A DNA stretch of 64,000 bases from Candidatus Kapaibacterium sp. (GTDB lineage Bacteria; Bacteroidota; Ignavibacteria; Kapaibacteriales; UBA2268). The translations under genes were made by a program, and so were the position numbers. The stretch is from positions 3,360,001-3,424,000 of the forward strand of contig OY761611.1 in assembly GCA_963664875.1 (NCBI GenBank), written 5' to 3'. The notes under the pieces were generated by a model that did no database searches, was not told the DNA's origin, and worked only from the letters and a program-made list of their open reading frames with translations. Positions 61,122 to 64,000 of this stretch are shown here, in pieces (position 1 is the first letter of the stretch; every line of letters begins with the position of its first letter).

Positions 61122-63605
61122 ATGGCATTCTTAGATCGCTTCAAACTACGCACCAAGCTTTTTATCAGCTTTTCTTTTGCTATACTCATAACTTTTGGTA
61201 TCGGTACTGTGCTTCTTTTTTCGGTATTTTATTATTCTGTAAAAGATAGCTCTGAAGAAAATCTGGACAATACGACAAAGCTAATCTCTGATATGCTGCA
61301 AATGACAGAAAGCTCCTCATTGGAAAATTACCTACAGGCAGCCGTAGAAACAAACTTCCAGAAAATAAAAGAATTGCACAGGCAGACCAAAGAGTCTAAT
61401 CTATCACTTGCAGAAGCTCAAAGACTTGCAAAAGAATACTTATTACCCCAAAAAGTTGGCGAAAAAGGCTACTTTTTTATAATGGATAGTTCAAGCCTGA
61501 TTATCTCTCATCCCAATCCGCATTTTTTAGACTTGAGAGTCAATGAAATTGAATCTATCGTCAAATCAAAAAGAGAATATGGAAATTATGTGGAATATCA
61601 ACTTGAAAGCAATGGAATTCCTCAGAAAAAAGCCATGTATCTTGTCTTTTTCAAAGAATGGAATTGGTACATAGCTGCCACTGCAGAACGCACAGAAAGC
61701 AGAAGACTTATCAATCTCAAACATATTCAGAATCAGCTTAAAGAGATATCTCTTGGAAAAGAAGGATATGTATTTATCTTAGATACATTAGGTGGAGTGA
61801 TTTTTCATCCGTTTTTTGATAATCTGAATAATAGGTTTATCGATGAAATAGATAAAAAACTGATCGAGACTATAGTAAAGGAAAAGGACGGTACTTTGAC
61901 TTATAAGTGGAATAATCCCGGAGATGATAAAGAGAGAAGTAAAATAGTCAAGTTTGTGCATTTAGATAATTTAAACTGGATTATTGCAGCATCAATGTAC
62001 TATGATGATATATATGCTCCTTTGGACAAGGTTTTGAATATCATACTTATTACTCTAATTATTGGAATTGTTATACTGCTGTTTATATCGTCAAAGTATA
62101 GCTCGTACATTTTAGATCCTATACGAATGTTGAACAGTAAGTTCAAGTTAGCGGCTCAAAACGATTTGTCAGTGAGGATGGAATATGCCAGAGATGATGA
62201 ATTGGGCGAGCTGAGCGACCATTTTAATATTTTTATGGAGCAACTCAATCATTATTATTCTAATTTGACAAAGCAAATCAAAGAAAGAATGGAAGTTGAA
62301 GAAACTCTAAAAGAATATCAGGAAGATTTGGAACAAAAAGTATTGATGCGAACCAAAGAGCTTGTCAATTTGAATGAAAAAATGAAGATGGAAATCGAAT
62401 TCAGAAAAGAAATAACAGAGAATCTAAAGGAATCTGAAGAGCAATACAAGGCTCTTTTCGAAAATACAGAAAATATTATATTTTTAATTCATAAAGGTAA
62501 AATAGAATTAGCCAATAGTTCCTTTGTCGAAAAACTTGTACCAAATGATTGCGAAGATATTAGGCAGATCAATTTTTTAGAGTTGTTTGAGTCGGCAACA
62601 AGAGAAAAATTTTCCGAAGCATTTTCGGTGATGCATGAGTCTCATACCAAATCTCATTCATTCGAATTTAGAAATAAAGATAATACAGGTCTGGAAAAAC
62701 ACTTCGAGGCTCATATCAGTTCTATTCACTACAAGGCGTCGCTTGCTTTTCAGGTGATTATTTCCGATATAACCGGCAAAAAGTTTATGGAGGGAAGAGT
62801 GATGCAGGCACAAAAGATGGAATCGATTGGCCAGCTTGCTGCAGGGATTGCTCACGAAATAAACACTCCGATGCAGTTTATCGGTGATAACAATACTTTT
62901 TTAATATCTGTTTTCGACGACATATTCGAATATATCGAAACACTGAAAAAAATGATACGGGAGACTAACCCTCACCAAAACGACGAAATCGAAACATTAG
63001 AAGAAGAATACGATATTCCTTTCCTCAAACAGGAAACACCAGAAGCTCTATTTAGAACTCAAAGTGGAGTGAAAAGAATAAGCAAAATTATTAGTGCAAT
63101 GAAAAACTTTGCACATCCTTCGGGAAAAGAAAAGAAACTCGCAGATATAAACCAAGGCATTGATGTTACTCTGACCATATCTAAAAATGAGTGGAAGTAT
63201 TTTGCTGATGTTGAAACAGATTTTGATCCTAATCTACCGCTGATTGCGTGTTCCTTAGATGAAATCAATCAGGTTTTCCTTAATATGGTAGTAAATGCTG
63301 CACACGCAATCGAAGAAAAACAGAAATCCACAGATGATAAATCAAAAGGACTTATTAAAATATCTACTTATTTAGAAGATAATTTTGTAAAAATTGCTAT
63401 ATCGGATACCGGAGTGGGCATATCCGAAGAGACTATGTTCAAACTGTTCGATCCGTTTTTTACAACAAAAGAGGTTGGTAAGGGAACCGGACAGGGGCTA
63501 TCTATAGCTTATGATATTATTGTAAATAAGCATTTTGGTAATATTGATGTAAAATCAAAACCGGGAGAGGGGGCAACTTTTATTATTACACTTCCAATGA
63601 AGTAA
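61122..63605 (+). CDS. Cache/HAMP/PAS sensor histidine kinase (NtrB-like)
   Basis: KMESIGQLAAGIAHEINTP, NQVFLNMVVNA, DTGVGI, FFTTKEVGKGTGQGL. Confidence 0.93.
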   Translation: MAFLDRFKLRTKLFISFSFAILITFGIGTVLLFSVFYYSVKDSSEENLDNTTKLISDMLQMTESSSLENYLQAAVETNFQKIKELHRQTKESNLSLAEAQRLAKEYLLPQKVGEKGYFFIMDSSSLIISHPNPHFLDLRVNEIESIVKSKREYGNYVEYQLESNGIPQKKAMYLVFFKEWNWYIAATAERTESRRLINLKHIQNQLKEISLGKEGYVFILDTLGGVIFHPFFDNLNNRFIDEIDKKLIETIVKEKDGTLTYKWNNPGDDKERSKIVKFVHLDNLNWIIAASMYYDDIYAPLDKVLNIILITLIIGIVILLFISSKYSSYILDPIRMLNSKFKLAAQNDLSVRMEYARDDELGELSDHFNIFMEQLNHYYSNLTKQIKERMEVEETLKEYQEDLEQKVLMRTKELVNLNEKMKMEIEFRKEITENLKESEEQYKALFENTENIIFLIHKGKIELANSSFVEKLVPNDCEDIRQINFLELFESATREKFSEAFSVMHESHTKSHSFEFRNKDNTGLEKHFEAHISSIHYKASLAFQVIISDITGKKFMEGRVMQAQKMESIGQLAAGIAHEINTPMQFIGDNNTFLISVFDDIFEYIETLKKMIRETNPHQNDEIETLEEEYDIPFLKQETPEALFRTQSGVKRISKIISAMKNFAHPSGKEKKLADINQGIDVTLTISKNEWKYFADVETDFDPNLPLIACSLDEINQVFLNMVVNAAHAIEEKQKSTDDKSKGLIKISTYLEDNFVKIAISDTGVGISEETMFKLFDPFFTTKEVGKGTGQGLSIAYDIIVNKHFGNIDVKSKPGEGATFIITLPMK

Positions 63606-63612
63606 ATCGAAA

Positions 63613-64000
63613 TCAGCTAATAAAAATATCTATTATTTGTCTGATGTTGTGAGCATATTTCATTCCGAATAGAGTGCCCAAATAAATCAAAACTATATAC
63701 ATAATAAGCAGATAGCTGTTTAATATATCTTTGGCTCCACGGTCAGTCGGAGGTATATCTGAATATACTAAACATCCGATTTCTTCAGGGTGGTCGGAAA
63801 CTTTTATATTGCCGGGCAGACCTGTAAGTAGCTTGAGAACTAAATAGTCACTTGCGGCAGATATAGTAAAGATTACTCCCCAAAGCAGAAACAAAAAACT
63901 ACCTGAAAATAGCGCATATAATGCCGGAATCAGACCAACTATCAATCCCGGAAGTACTACAGAAATTCGGTATGATCTGAGACTAATTGGTGTTTTCAGA
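63613..64000 (-). CDS. DUF3267-like membrane metalloprotease, 5' end outside the window
   Basis: Frame is open to the window edge (..YRISVVLPGLIVGLIP..AASDYL..VSDHPEEIGC). Confidence 0.6.
   Translation of the reverse strand, partial: LKTPISLRSYRISVVLPGLIVGLIPALYALFSGSFLFLLWGVIFTISAASDYLVLKLLTGLPGNIKVSDHPEEIGCLVYSDIPPTDRGAKDILNSYLLIMYIVLIYLGTLFGMKYAHNIRQIIDIFIS

Overview
AT-rich bacterial chromosomal DNA, most likely from the Bacteroidota/Ignavibacteria/Kapabacteria group, inferred from T9SS-type C-terminal sorting domains, TAnnTTTG-like promoter boxes and Bacteroidota-style REP and attC sequences. The housekeeping backbone includes an SDR, tRNA-Ser(GCT), rarA, a CDF transporter, bcp, fprA, purN, xseA, YitT, a K+ channel, a trimeric [FeFe]-hydrogenase hydCBA, queA, pth, a cobalamin riboswitch with its transporter, an L,D-transpeptidase, an EamA transporter and three sensor kinases. 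Accessory DNA is interspersed: (1) an HpaII-type Vsr/MTase/REase cassette beside the tRNA; (2) a cluster of seven lipoprotein genes, including a 4x ~457-bp tandem array; (3) orphan RHS-core/Ntox44 toxin-immunity modules whose core repeat is interrupted by a REP at the same junction; (4) an AAA_14/DUF4143 ATPase-nuclease gene bracketed by 46-bp palindromic direct repeats; (5) a solitary integron-type cassette with an attC, carrying a RuvC-fold protein that lacks its catalytic residues, coupled to a Ser/Thr kinase (the best candidate for an undescribed defence system); (6) four copies of a MITE shell carrying different REP cargo; and (7) two giant vWA/beta-propeller/T9SS paralogs with shared ends. 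All family calls are made by eye from motifs; no database searches were run.
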